Of a stretch of DNA of 64,000 nucleotides, positions 22,689 to 35,977 are shown in pieces. How positions within the stretch are numbered: the stretch's first letter is position 1; each line of letters starts with the position of its first letter. This DNA is from Puccinia triticina (lineage: Eukaryota), in contig CP110439.1 in assembly GCA_026914245.1 (NCBI GenBank), forward strand, positions 8,804,001 to 8,868,000. The letters run 5' to 3'. The notes under the pieces were generated by a model, which saw only the letters and a list, made by a program, of their open reading frames with translations, was not told where the DNA came from and did no database searches. A program made the position numbers and the translations under genes.

Positions 22689-25600
22689 ATGTCCTCACAC
22701 GGCCCCCAGAACCGCGCATTCTCAGTCTCGCACCAGCGCATCATCCTCGACATCAGCCTCGCCGAGCCCGCCATCAAGGCGATCACCGAGATCACCATCC
22801 TGCCCCTCTCAGCCGACCTCGCCACCGTCCATCTCCACTCCGCCCACTGCACCATCCAGGCCATCTACCATCCCAGCCAGCCCGAAAACGAGCCGCTCCC
22901 GTTCATCCTCAACCAGCCCAGCAGCGTCAGGATCCCAGACCCAAACTCAGTCAAGCAGTTCCCCGAAGCAAAACGGAGGCTGTTCGAGCGCATCAACGAG
23001 AAGGAGACCGGCGAGCTAGCCATCCAGATCAACCGGGACAAGATCAGCCGGACTGCCCGCCAAGCTACTGCCGCCCTCCTACCATCCGATCAACAGCAAC
23101 ACCAACAACCACCAACAGCCCATAAGGACAAAGACCTCCTCGAATTCGACCCGATCATCATCGCCATCGAGTATCTTATCACGCCTCAAGACCTCCTCCT
23201 CAACCCTGCCATCTGCGTCGTCGGCGGACAGCACCCCCACATCTTCACCAACTCGATCTCGGCCAGATCCTGGGTGCCCTGCGTGGATTCGCTATGGGAG
23301 AGAAGCCCTTGGGAACTCGAGTTCATCGTACCCAAATCAGATCTCACCACCCACAAAACATATCCGATCACCGTCGTCTCATCCGGTGAACTCATCGAAC
23401 AAATCATCCATCCTACCGACCCTTCAAAGACCGTGTTCTACTACGCACAAGCTATCCCTACCTCCGTCCAGCACATCGCCTGGGTAGTCGGCCCTCTCAC
23501 CGTCAACGACCTCACTCCTACAACCAGCGAAGATCGAGATCAAACTACAGCCGACCATCATCATCATCACCATCCTCAAGAAACCCTTTCCTCTGATCAA
23601 CAACAACATCAATCTTCAACTCAAATCAACCTGCTTGCCTTCTGTCTTCCCAACAGACAGTCTCAACTCCTCCATGCTGTCAACTTCCTACCTCATGCCC
23701 TGTCCTTCTTCACCCAGGAATACGGATCTTATCCCTACTCATCCTACAAACTCGTCTTTCTCGACATGTCCTCTGCCACCCATTCCATCGGCGCCACATT
23801 CAACTCAGCCACCCTGACACTCTATCCCGCCGATTTACTCTACCCAGCCCAAGTCATCGACCAAGTTCTCGAAACCAAGCCAGTCCTCGTCCAATCTCTC
23901 GCCAGCCAATGGATCGGCATCAATATCATCCCCAAAGCTCCATCCGACACATGGCTCATCAACGGCCTCTCCCTCTACATCACCGGCCTATATTTCAAGG
24001 CAATCTGGGGTACGAATGACTACCGATATCGGATCAAGAAGGAAATCATCAAATGCGTCGATTCGGATGTCGATAAACCACCGATCTGCCAACCCGGTTT
24101 GCCATTGCCGATCGACACTGAAGTTCTAGGTTTCGTCAATCTCAAAGCGAGCCTCGTACTTTATATTCTCGATCGACATCTCAGGCGATCAGGCGGTGGT
24201 ACATCTCTCGGCTTGAGTCGGGTCATCCCAAAGATCTTCCTTTCTGCGATCTCGGGCGAAATGCGCGATAACATGCTATCGACCAGCAGCTTCCTGCGCA
24301 TCTGTCGGAAATTGAACGGAAACGAGCTGAAATCTTGGGCTGACCAATGGATCTATGCCTCTGGTTGTCCAGTCTTCCAAGTCACAGCGCATTTCAATCG
24401 GAAAAAGTTAACCCACGAGCTCACCTTGAGGCAACTCAACCGATCAAAGCAGTACTACGAAGATGATCGGACCACTTGGGCGGAGAAGTGCAACATGAAA
24501 CCAGTCGATCGGTTCGAAGGACAAATGTCGATCAGAATACAAGAATGTGACGGTATTCCTTACGAACATGTGCTCGATATCAAGGAACCTTTCAAGCGCT
24601 ACGAGCTGCCCTCTAACCACAAGAATAAGAAATTCAAGCGTTCCAGTCGCCGATACGCTTCATCCAACCAAGCCCCTGCTGATCTCGCCGAAAACTCGAC
24701 CGAAACGTTTACTTATCCGCCCTGGGAGCGTTCACAAGAGGAGCGCGATCGATGGAAAGTGGAAGATTGGACGGAAGAAGAGGACCTGTTTATCACTCAA
24801 TCGAACGTCGAGTGGATTCGTCTGGATGTTGAGGTCGAATGGATCTGTGACTTCAGATTTGAGATGAAAGAGTTCATGTGGCTAGAACAACTTCAGAGGG
24901 ACCGCGATGTCGTCGCTCAACTGGAGGTAAGAAACCACGTCCCATCTCCCCCCTGTCTGGCTCAGCAACACGAAAAGCTGACCGGGATTCCTTTCGGTTA
25001 TCTTAGGCGGTCAGAGCGTTGAAAACTCTACCTTCAAAGATTGTCTCGAGTCACTTGTGCCGAGTTGTTCTCATCCCGGAGTACTGTTTCAGAATCCGGG
25101 TTGAGGCCGTCTTGGCCCTCGTCTCGGTTTGTTTGGAACTTTTCCTCGATCAACCTATCCATCCATCTGCATATTTGAACCCCCGCTCTTTCTTTCTTTT
25201 ACTTTTCAAAACTACAGTGTGCAAACAGTCGGTGCGGCTTTCTGGGCCTTTTCCATCTCCTCAAACTCTTCCAAACACGCTACTGTTATCCTCCCCAAGT
25301 CGAACCTGACAGTCCATGGAACATCAGAGCAATCCCCAAGCCCAACCAATTCAACAATTTTGCCGATTATTTCATCCGCAAGGTCTGTTTTTTTATACTT
25401 ATATCCAGTGATGTCGCGCTGTGTACTGATTGATCGGTACATCCCTATTGATTCTCACAGGCAATCGTCGTTGCCCTGTCCCACGTGCGAGATCAGACCA
25501 ACAACTCGCCTTCGGTCTGCCATCAGTTTTTCCTTGACCAGCTGGTCTATAACGACAATTCCTTGAACGCGGTTAGTTTCATTACCTGTCTGAAAGTTGC

Positions 25601-28600
25601 GCATAAATGTACATGGCCTACTGGAGGACGTCCTTAACGTTTCCACATCTCCTTGAAATTTCTTCTAAAGTATTCCGATGCCCATTACATAGCGACTACA
25701 ATCGGATCAATGACCGATTCATTGATGCATCTAGCCGACGATGGTGGAAGGGAGCAACTAGGCGAAATCTTCGGAACCAAAGCGCTTTCAACAGGGGCGC
25801 TTCCGGATTTGGAGAGGACTTGCGACAAAAGAGTACTACTGATGATCAACGAACTCGAAAGATGCTTCATGTCCGACCGACTGGTACCTTCCTATCGCAA
25901 TCTGATCGCAATGGCTGTCATCGAAGTCAGTGCAACTTTAGTCCGTTTCTGCTTGATCCGCAGCTAACTTCGCTAATCGGCTCTTGACTTACAGGCCAAA
26001 TTAAAACTAATGTACGCAGGTTTCTTGCCGGTTGATTTGATATTCTTTTTGCTGTGCGCAAGGTGCGTGAAAATCTTGTGTTTTTTTTTTCGATGATCTT
26101 CAGAGTTGCCTTCGATGATGCTAATACAACTTGCAACACTTCATCTTGAAAAAACAAGGCCCGAAAATTATCTCCCACTGCGGATCCTAGCATTTGATTG
26201 TCTTCTCCTGCTCAAAGGATTTCAAGAAAAGGCTATCATTCGATACATGTTCTTAGTTTTACGTGATGATCCATCTCTGCTGCTTCGCCGGCGGTTGGCA
26301 ATGGGTTTGGTCCAGTGCTTACCGATTTTAGTTTTGCTGGAAGAAATCGGTATGGAACCCTCTGACCACAACTTCTCAGTGATCGACGAAAGTCACCCGT
26401 TCAATAGCCTCAAGTTCAATCACAAGACCGTCACAAAGCATCTGAGAGCCGAAGTTGGTCGTGCATTAATTCTGAGAGAATGTATCATGTCTGTTATGTT
26501 GTAAGTGTTCCACCCCTTCCCTCTCTGTGCCGTTATCGGGTTCTTACCCATTTGTTGTCTTCACATTTTAGAGATCCCGCCGTAGACACGGACGTGCAGA
26601 CTTGTCTGTTGAAAATATCAGAGATCCTCTTCAAACCTTCGGACGAATCTGTGCCCGTTCGGATTCCCGAAGAAAAGCGACCCGAATCGGAAGCTCCGAT
26701 GCCTGTTTCTACAAAAATTCGGATTCATGCTCCCTCAGCTCCCGCTATTGAACCGGCACAATCTGCAGGTATGCTTTGTTTTGTCTCTTGGTTTGTTAAG
26801 TCCACCGCGTTCTTTTCGACTTCACTAAGGCGCTCTTTTACGTGCCTATCAGCTCCCCTGCCGAAGATAATTTTGAAAGATCATCAGCATCATTTGACAA
26901 ATGATACCGACCCGGGGGCCTCCTCACCCCCAGCCCCGTCGGCACCAGATGTACCGTCGAAGCTAGCCGCGGCCTTGATAAGGAAACCAAAACCTCCGCC
27001 CAAACCCAAAAAGTTCCAGGCTAGTGGCATGTCGATTCCCGATCATAAGATGTGCCAGAATCTATTAAAAAAACTGGCTAGCAATCAATTGAGTCAACCG
27101 TTTCGGAAACCTGTCGATCCGATTCGGGACAGCGCCCCCAATTAGTAAGCTGATTCTGTTGGTCTTGGGGGTTACATGATACTGCCAGTCTCATTTATCT
27201 GAGATGTGTCTTTTTTGTAGTTTCAATATAATATCTACTCCGATGGACTTCAAGACCATGGGCCTCAAGCTCGAAATGGGTCAATATCCTAACCGGGAGG
27301 CATTCAAGGATGATGTCAATCTGATTTTTACGAATTGCAAAACCTACAACCTACCAGATTCTTCGCTAGTGGTCAAATACGCTGAACCGTTAAAGGCCGC
27401 ATTCGACAAACTGTGGGAGCGGTCTGAAAAAACGATGAGTGCTATCCAAGCCAAAGGCCTTGGCGGGGTGAACCCAGCTCGGCTACCACCTCCGGATACA
27501 AAGCTAATCGTGACGCCAAATAATGTTGTGCCACTTGCCCCACCACCTTCGTTTGCTGCCTTCGCCGCTGGTGGCTCGATGATTCCTCCGTCGTCATCAC
27601 CGCCAAAGTCCCCTGGATTGCCTCCTCTTCCCGCTCCACCACGGAGGAGTCCAGAAGCTTCAAGACCCGGTAGGCTTAAAGTGAAGCTCAAACCGCGAAC
27701 CTCGATATCTACCAATGGAACCATATCTGAAATTATACCCGACAATCATTCATCAATACCCCCCGCCCCAAAATCCGGGCTGAAGATCAAATTTACACCC
27801 ACATCTACTACCTCGAACCTTGCCAATCCACCTTCGACCCCGGTCGATATTCAACCAGAAGGCGGACGACCCAAGACATCTGCCTATCCATCCCTTCCGT
27901 TCCCTACTTCATCGTCATCTGCCTTTCCCCCTCCTCCGCCACCCATCATGATTTCTATGGCCCCTCCGAAGTCGCTCCCGCCACCACCTCCCACATTTGT
28001 ACCGCCCCCGCCCCCACCATCATTCGAGTCATTTTCACTCGCGGCCCAGAAACCTACGCCCGCTTCGAGTCGCCCGGAAAAGCCATCGGTGGAGATAGAG
28101 CCATCCAATCCTGTGCCTACCAAGTGTAAGAAACGACCATCATCTTCTCAGACTATGACAACTGCTGTACCACCACCTCTGGCGCCAGGGCCATCGACTC
28201 AACAGCCTGTTAAAAGAAATAACTTGATTGTCCAATTCCCCAAACCACCGACATTACCACCCGCGCCAACTGTTACAACAGCATCATCAGCACCTGGTCC
28301 CAGTATTGGTTCATCGAATCTCTCAGCTCCGCCACCGCCCTCGTCACCCGAACTCGACTCAAAATGCACCAAGCATCCGACAGCCTCTGTACCCATCCCA
28401 GCACTAAAACCCCAGGTTAATCCACCCCCACCTTCCAATCCTATAAAAATCAAGGTAGTACAACGGCCAGCGCCCCGGCCGGTTGCTGCAGATCACTCAG
28501 AAGCAGCCACGCCTTCTATTTTGCCAAATTCGTCCAAGAGTAAATTAAAGATGGAGAAAAGCCCAAAGTCGAACAGTAAATCGAAAGGGGCTCGAAGCGT

Positions 28601-29762
28601 GACTGTTCCTACTAAAACTCATCTGGAACGTCTCTCGCCCAATCCAGTCGACTCGCCAGGAAAGACAGTCACCTCGTCTTCCCCACCTACCAAGAAGTCG
28701 AAAACTAAAAAGTCAACTTTACCCGAATACATAGACCAAAGCTCAGGACATCGATCTTCTCCACCCGCGCTGCCCAAAACACCAGACTTGGGCGCTTCCG
28801 GGTCCCCTAGTCATATATCAAGAAGTCCATCCGCCTCCACTGCCGCCGGCAGATCAGTCACATTGGCTCATCCTCCTAGCACATCTTTTCTCAGCGAGCC
28901 TGTCAAAGCGGCCAGCCCAGTAGCCAATGATCTACTGAACTCAAAGAAAGCCAAAGTGATCATCCGGAAGATGATGGAACATCCGCAGGGTGTTTGGTTT
29001 CGGATTCCAGTGGACCCGATTGCCGTTGGCGCACCGACCTACCTGGACGAAATCAAGAATCCCATGGACCTCTCGACGATGGTCAAGAAGCTCGATAAAG
29101 GCCTCTACAAACGCCACTCCGAACTGATGGCTGACTTCGAGTTGATCGTCTCAAACTGCGTCCAATTCAATGGCGCTGAGAGTCAGTTGGGATTGGAGGC
29201 TAAGGCACTCAAGAAAGTCTGGGACCTCGAATGGGAAAAGGCCGCTAAAATGTCTTATACCGATAAACGATCGCTCTTGGGTTTATTTAATAAATTAAAC
29301 CAAGTACCTGGGTAAGCTTTTATTACTCTCTAAGTGTCGAACTATGTATGTGGCTGCCGGGATCTGATGATGATTGATGTTGTTATTAGTGTTGAGCTGT
29401 TTAATGAGCCAGTCGACCCGGTCAAATACCAAATCCCGACCTACTACGCGGTGATTGGAGGCCAACAGAACGCGCGAGATCTGGGGACGATCAAAGCGAA
29501 CCTGGTCGCGGACCGATACAACAGCATCGGCGAGTTCGAGGCGGACGTGCGGCTAATGCTGAAGAACTGCTTCACGTTCAATGCGCCGACTACCCCGGTG
29601 GAGGTGATCGGACGGGACCTCGAGAAGGCCTTCGACATCGCCATGGTCAAGGTTCGCAAAGACGCCGGCTTGCCCCCTACCGCTGGATCATCATCCACCC
29701 CTGGAAACAAACGCAAGGGCGTCGAGCCCGCCGCTTCTTCGAAAAGATCTCGCGTCGGGTGA
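22689..29762 (+). CDS. TAF2: TFIID subunit 2 (aminopeptidase-like fold) with three C-terminal bromodomains, multi-exon
   Basis: SHQRIILDIS, ARSWVPCVDSLWERSPWELEF, YGSYPYSSYK, LASQWIGINIIP, WIRLDVEVEW and QLQRDRDVVAQLE are TAF2 motifs. Three PVDP...Y...MDL/RDL...NC..FN/YN bromodomains follow. The start could instead be 22605. Confidence 0.93.
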
Positions 29763-30442
29763 TTCAATAACTAACTTTTGCTTGTATGCTTGAACTCGAA
29801 TCTTGAAATCATGTATCCAAAAAAAACCCACCCTCCCCTCCCGGATCTGCTACTCTCTTCATTTATTGTCCAACATAGTAGGTCTAAGAATATCATGATT
29901 ACTTGTTTTTTTTCTTCTGTGGAAACTTTCTTTAACAATTATATTGCCTTCTTGTTAATTCTCCATTTACTCTCCTTCCTTCCCAATTTTCTTTATTTCT
30001 GCAACCACTTGACAAAAGAAACCCAATCTTGTTCTCCATGATCTTCTAATGAATAGTATACATGTACAATGTTCTTCTTCTCCTTTTTTGGGTGGTCTTG
30101 TGTGTGTATTTGAAGTTCTTTTGGCTTTCTGTGCAACATGTTCAGGCCCCATCTAGAGAGGGGAGGGGTTTTCCTCAGGGGGAGGGGATGACATATAAGA
30201 AGCTTGAGCTTTGATCTCGATATGTCAAGCAAGTCTGCGCTGTTGAGCTATTATCTGGTTGGTCCTCATGACTTTGGTCTTATTCTCTTGGGCTTGTTCA
30301 CACTAGGGGGATTCAAAATTGATCCAGGAAGTGTCCCAGGTCGGAATTCCAGGAAAAATAAAACACTGCCAAAAAGAATTTCCTGGAGGTTCTACATTGA
30401 AACCCCCAAAAGGGGAATTTTCCTGGATTTGAATCCAGGAGC

Positions 30443-31145
30443 ATGCCTCCTGGAACTAATCCAATAGTTCTTTGTGTTTCGTCCATGCCTCCGGGGTCCC
30501 GAACGGAAAACCCTTTCTTGAACCTTTCCCCCCCCCCCCCAGAACCACAAGCGCATCCCATTAGACCGTCTAGTGGTGCAAATTCTTTTCAAGTCACAGT
30601 TTTCACACACTCCGGATCCAAAACTCCCCAAGAAATGCCTTCATCTTTTCATGGAATTCCCTGGGACACCGATGGCATCAATGGTCAACCTAGCAGCATC
30701 ACAATCCTTCTGGATTGGCTCACCGCGAACAACAACTATGCTCGATGGTGTACTACACCTGTAAGGGATCACCTCTGCGCTGAAATCCTGGCTGTTATGA
30801 GTCATCATGATATAACTCATCGCACTGCACGTGGTGAGAGCCCTCTATTGCTTGCTTGTTGAGCTGATCGCTGACCAACCTTGTTCCAGGTATTTCCATG
30901 AAGATAGATCAACTCAAACATGGCTACCAGCATGTTGCGGACTTACTCGAGCATTCTGGGCTGGCAAATGATCCCAACACTGCCATTGGCACCGTTCAAA
31001 GTGAGGCCCCTTAACTGCCACCCCGTGAACCATCATTTTAGCTGACCAACTTGCGCCAGCATATGCTCGCTCGCTTTTCAGATACTGGGAGCAACTCCAT
31101 CCCATAATGGGACGGCTTCCATTTCGAGAAGAAGATGTTTTTTAA
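30443..31145 (+). CDS. Short Myb/SANT-like protein, paralog of the element's ORF2 (3 exons)
   Basis: IPWDTDG...SSITILLDWL...NYARW...EILAVM...ITHR...FRYWEQLHPIMG aligns with the 35977 ORF. GT-AG introns at about 30834-30889 and 31001-31060 restore an open frame. Confidence 0.75.
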
Positions 31146-31462
31146 ATCTGCAACGCAACCATAGTACATCACCACCTTTTCTCTGTGACATCGCCATTGT
31201 GTTCCCCCGCGCAAGCCATTCTCATTCGGAGTCTTGAATCATGTTATTCCTAGTGGGAATGCAGTCACATACATATGTGAGCGCTTGGAAAGCACTAGTG
31301 GAAGTGATCTCAGCCGGGGCCTTGGTAGAGGGTACTTGATCGAGGAGACTGAGAGAAACCAATACTTGGTTTTGTTGTAAAACCTGTATGAGACATGAAG
31401 TGCGGAGCCTTGAGACATCAGCACTTGCGGCTCCTTCACCCTCACCAAATAAAACAACCAGA

Positions 31463-32832
31463 ATGGTGCGGACTTCTCGTAGGAAGCTTTTGATCACAAC
31501 CCTAGAGGAATCCATCAATGACCAACTAACGGCCAAGGCATTAGATTTTCTATTAGCTGATCACGAAGAAGAAAACTCGAGCTCAGAATACAATACCGAT
31601 TGCGAGGACGATAAGTGTGAGGACGAAGATATGGAAATCGCAGACCTAGAAGCTAAGGCAAAAGCACTTGGCCAGATCCAAGGCAAGCGCTATCTCGGAG
31701 GTCGTCACCGTATCGAGAAGGGTCCGGACGCACACCATTTTCTGCTAAATCGGATGCAAGAGTATCGGTTTAAGCAATTTTTTCGTATGTCTCGGTCATC
31801 GTTCTTCAATCTATGCCAACAGATTGAAGGCAACCCAGTTTTCCATAACAACTCCAATCATCCTCAACGTCCGGTAATCGAACAGATGATGGTCGCACTC
31901 AACCGCTTTGGATGCTTTGGAAATGGTGTGGCAGTTGGTATAATTGCAACCTATTATCGAATTGGCGATGGTACCGTCGAGCTCTATACGAACCGGTGCA
32001 TCATGGCCATAGTAGCCCTCCAATCCCAACTACTCACCTGGCCAAACAATACCGCACGCAAAATTATCAAAGAAAGCTACAAGGAAGTAGGCTTTGATGG
32101 TTGTGTTGGGCTAATCGATGGCACGCTTGTTGTACTGTCTACCTGCCCGGAGAAGGATGGTCCGGATTACTACAATCGCAAAGGCTTTTACGGGATCGTC
32201 ACCCTGCTTGTTTGCGATGAAAACAAAAATATAATCTATGTCTACACGGGATGGCCCGGATGTTCTCACGATCAACGACTCATGTCCAACTGCACTCTCA
32301 ACACGTGTCCCACGGATTTTTTTGCGGAAGGGGAGTACCTTCTAGCCGACTCAGCCTTTGTACCAACAGCAAATACTGTCCCGGCCTTCAGACGCAAGAA
32401 AAACAAACCACTAACCAATGAGCAGCACAATTTCAACCGTCACCTCTCGGGAGTTAGGGTTGGGATTGAAAATTGCATTGGATTATTAAAAAATCGATTT
32501 CAAAGCCTGAAAGGCTTGCGCTTACGGATTGCCAGCAAAAAGGACATGGTTCGTGCTACAGCTTGGATCATGGTTGGTCTCTCTTGTTCGAGATTGATTG
32601 CTTAGTTAGATTAAACTGAAAATTTCATTTACAGGCCTGTGCGATTCTGCATAATTATCTAAATAAAGGATCTGATTTAGATTTCGATGACTTTGAACCT
32701 GAAACCGATGATCCTGACGACGAATTTGGAAATAGGAACCCCGCAGAAAAAGGCACTGTTGCAGGCAAAAGAAGGCGACAAGAGGTTCTCAAACTTGCAA
32801 GGGAATTTAGGGAGGAGGATGGGCGGTATTAA
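31463..32832 (+). CDS. Harbinger (HARBI1-like DDE_Tnp_4) transposase, intact
   Basis: FFRMSRSSF, GLIDGT, GWPGCSHD, YLLADSAF and RVGIENCIGLLKNRFQSL. One intron (32573-32634) joins to ACAILHNYL. No premature stops. Confidence 0.93.
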
Positions 32833-32877
32833 TCAATAAGTGTGATACTTTTAGCTTTACATCACAATAATGAAACA

Positions 32878-34581
32878 TCATTCTTGATCATCAGGATACA
32901 TGGCCAGTCCAAAATCTCTACTGTCATCCAGGGTTTTTTGCACAATGGGATGTGAGATCGGTAAATCAAAGTCCTGCGCAATCAATCCAAGTGCAGCTTC
33001 TGGAATTAAAACCTTCCGCAAAAAATACTCAGGAGCAAGTGGATGCACAATCTGAGTGGTTAAGTCCAAATTCAAGCAAAGGAATTCTTTGTGTAGTGTT
33101 TGGTATATGATCTCAAATCCCTGGGGCCCATAGCTGAAATCATGTGGATCAGTAATATAATTCATAAATTGGCACTGCACACTGGGCAACTTACTATCCA
33201 GGCTGCTCAATCTTAAAGGTATCAATGTCATAGAAGACACTCTGAGATTTTGTAGAACCAAGAGTTTTCCAAATAGTTGACGCGTAATCTAAAAACTCTG
33301 ATGGAATTTGCTTATGTGCTACCGACCATAGGTGACCGCTGATAGTTTTCAAGCGGCTATTAAAAAACTGTCAGTGGGAGATAACAAAGATTTCTCAATT
33401 TGAACTCGACTTCAACTCACATTTGGAGATTTGAGAAATCAATCTGTGCAGGCCAGCCTCTTTCCAGCCCCATTGGGATTACGGAAATCTCATCCTGATG
33501 GCGGCGGCAGTAATCGGCTACAACGGAAAACTAAAGAGAAAGCACCTGTGAGAAACCTGCTGGAATGTCATGCAGATTACGACACTCACAGGTAAATGCA
33601 AAGCCTTTGGGTTTGTAGGTGAAAACCTATGACAGACATCGGGACGGCCTTTGAGATACTTCGCTAAATCTACAAGCATTTTTGATGGTTTCTTGGGTAA
33701 TAACTCGTCACAAAAGGAGCATAAATCATCTGTGAGAGGTTAATGTCAGCACAGTGCCGTATAAAGAAAGTGGGCATTGCAAACTCCAAAGTGAAAACTA
33801 ACTTGGATTAGTTGCATCAGCATGTAGCTCGTTTTCTAACTCCGCAAGATCATGTTCAAGATCTATTCTATCCAATCTTCCATGACTTCGAGGTCGGAAA
33901 GCTGGGTGGATTGTAGAATTATCATCTTGTGGCTCGATTGAAATCCCGTGGGCCATGAGTTCGTCCTGCATTTCTTTCATCAGGTTAACCGCAGGTTCTT
34001 TTGAGGCACCAGCTGGTGGGACATCCAATGCCGAAGATCGCTCAAGCAAAACATCGACTTCTGGGAGATCAGACTCTAACGATTCAACAAGGCTAGGCAC
34101 TGGTTGATTAACGAGCTGAGCATGATTGATTTCTTTTGGAATGGAGATTGCGGCCGTGAGTGGTTCAGAATCAACGGATTGTTTCTTGTTTGCAGGCGGT
34201 GTTGATCCAGATTTGACTGCTTCCTTCTTATTCTTCTTCTTTGATCGCTTTCGGGGTTTACTTGGCAAAACGGTCTCTTCAAACTTAAACTTGTAGCGAA
34301 CGAAGTCGAGCAATGATTTTGGCATTCCGGCGAGTGAACATATGTATCTTGTGGATGATGCTCAGATATAGGCAAACTCGAGCCCAAGCGGACTTGGGAG
34401 CCGAGGCAAGATCCTGTACAGTTTCAGTCTGTACCGTTTTTGGGCTTAAACTGTTTGAGACACTGTGACAGAGCACCGATAAAAACCGAGTTGGGATTCT
34501 GAGGTGTTCACAAAGACCCCCCTCCGGATACTCAAGTGGTGGAAAAAAATGTAATTCACGACATGATAATTGGTTGGGCAT
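32878..34581 (-). CDS. RTC4-like domain protein carried inside the Harbinger element (about 6 exons)
   Basis: Spliced reading: LCSFCDELLPKKPS, YCRRHQDE..IPMGLERGWPAQIDF, EQPGYYGPQGFEII, FLRKVLIPEAALGLIAQD, LDDSRDFGLAMYPD. These match the fungal RTC4-like domain pattern as I recall it. Confidence 0.78.
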
Positions 34582-34660
34582 ATGGAGGTGTGTTGTGCGA
34601 AGAAAAAATTATGGCGAGAATTCAAAAGAGACAAAAGATTCGGGCAACAAATAAGATGAA

Positions 34661-35977
34661 CTAGTTTGAATCGTTGCTTGATTCCTCACTTGAATCACTG
34701 CTTGAACTGTCCGAGCTGTCATCGGAATCGTCTTCGGAGCCAACATTGCCAGGAGTTTGATCGTTGGAGGGTTTGGTATTGCTGCTGCCTTCGCCTTGGC
34801 TGAACTGTGCTTTCATGAACTTCGCAATTTCTTTCTTGGAGTGGCCCAAGTCGCTTAGCTCCTTCATGATGGCAATACGCTCGCGGACCTCATCCAGCTC
34901 CGTTCGTCGTGCCTTCATCTGAGCCTCCATTTCAAGAACTCGGACCCTCCTCTTTTCAATCTCCATCATCCCCTTGTTACGTGAAGCTTCCAACTTAATG
35001 CGTTTCTTCTCTGATGCTCTTTTATCTTCATCGCGTTTCTTGCGCGCTTCATAACAGTCACGCCGATAATTGTTAGATTCGGCTAGAACCTTCTCCAAGC
35101 CAAGGGGGTCGCGGTCTAGAGCCAAGCCACATAATTATTAGGCAGTCCGAGAAACATGATAGAAGCCAAGGCAAGTGAAATTTTCACTAACTTTTGGCAC
35201 TGGCCTTCCTTTTTGTGCTGCCGCGGCGGGCAGAAGCAGTGGGACCAGGGGAAGTTGTCCGGCCCGTGTTGGGTTCTTCTTGCTCGTCATCGTCATCGTC
35301 TGTCAGATTTTCATTCGGCTCAGAGCTGGCGCCGACATTTGCATTGGGCACTTGTTGTAAGGCTGAGGTATCACCGTTATCAGGTGAGCCGTCGCGCAGA
35401 AGGTTCGGTACCGGTAAGTCATGCGATGTGACCGTGTGCAGAGGAGTTGCGACAGTCCGTGTACCCATGATGATACTAAGTTCGTCCCAATATTTACAGA
35501 TCTTTGTCAAAGCAACTGAAAGGTGTTAAACAGTAAGTTGCAGCGGAGGAGAGATTTTCAGAAAAAAATGTACATACTTTTGAGGGTAGTTGTTCCATTG
35601 GCTATGTCATCCTCCTGGAGGCCAGAGCCCGTATTGCGGAGGAAGTCGTTAGCTTTCGAGTAGGAGTTTTGAAGCTCTTGCATTTTGGTTTGCACTCCTT
35701 TGTTGTCTCGGTGGGTGATACCAGCTTCGACCATCAATGCTAAGATTTCATTTGCTAGGGCGGACTTGGTTGACCCGGTCTTGGTATCGCCGCGCCATCG
35801 TTCGTAGTTGCCTTCAACAGCGAGCCAGTCGAGGAGGATGCGAATGCTAGAATCTCGGCCATCCTCACCATCTTTGTCCCACGCTACAGGGGGCTTCTTC
35901 TTCTTGGGTTGGCTCGCGGTGCTGATCGGTGTTGCGGACGTTGCGGAGGTAGGATTGTTCTTCTTCTTAGGTGGCAT
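34661..35977 (-). CDS. Myb/SANT-like ORF2 of the Harbinger element (3 exons)
   Basis: VAWDKDG...SSIRILLDWL...NYERWRG...ICKYWDELSIIMG, plus a C-terminal coiled coil. Introns at about 35577-35516 and 35191-35117. Confidence 0.85.
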
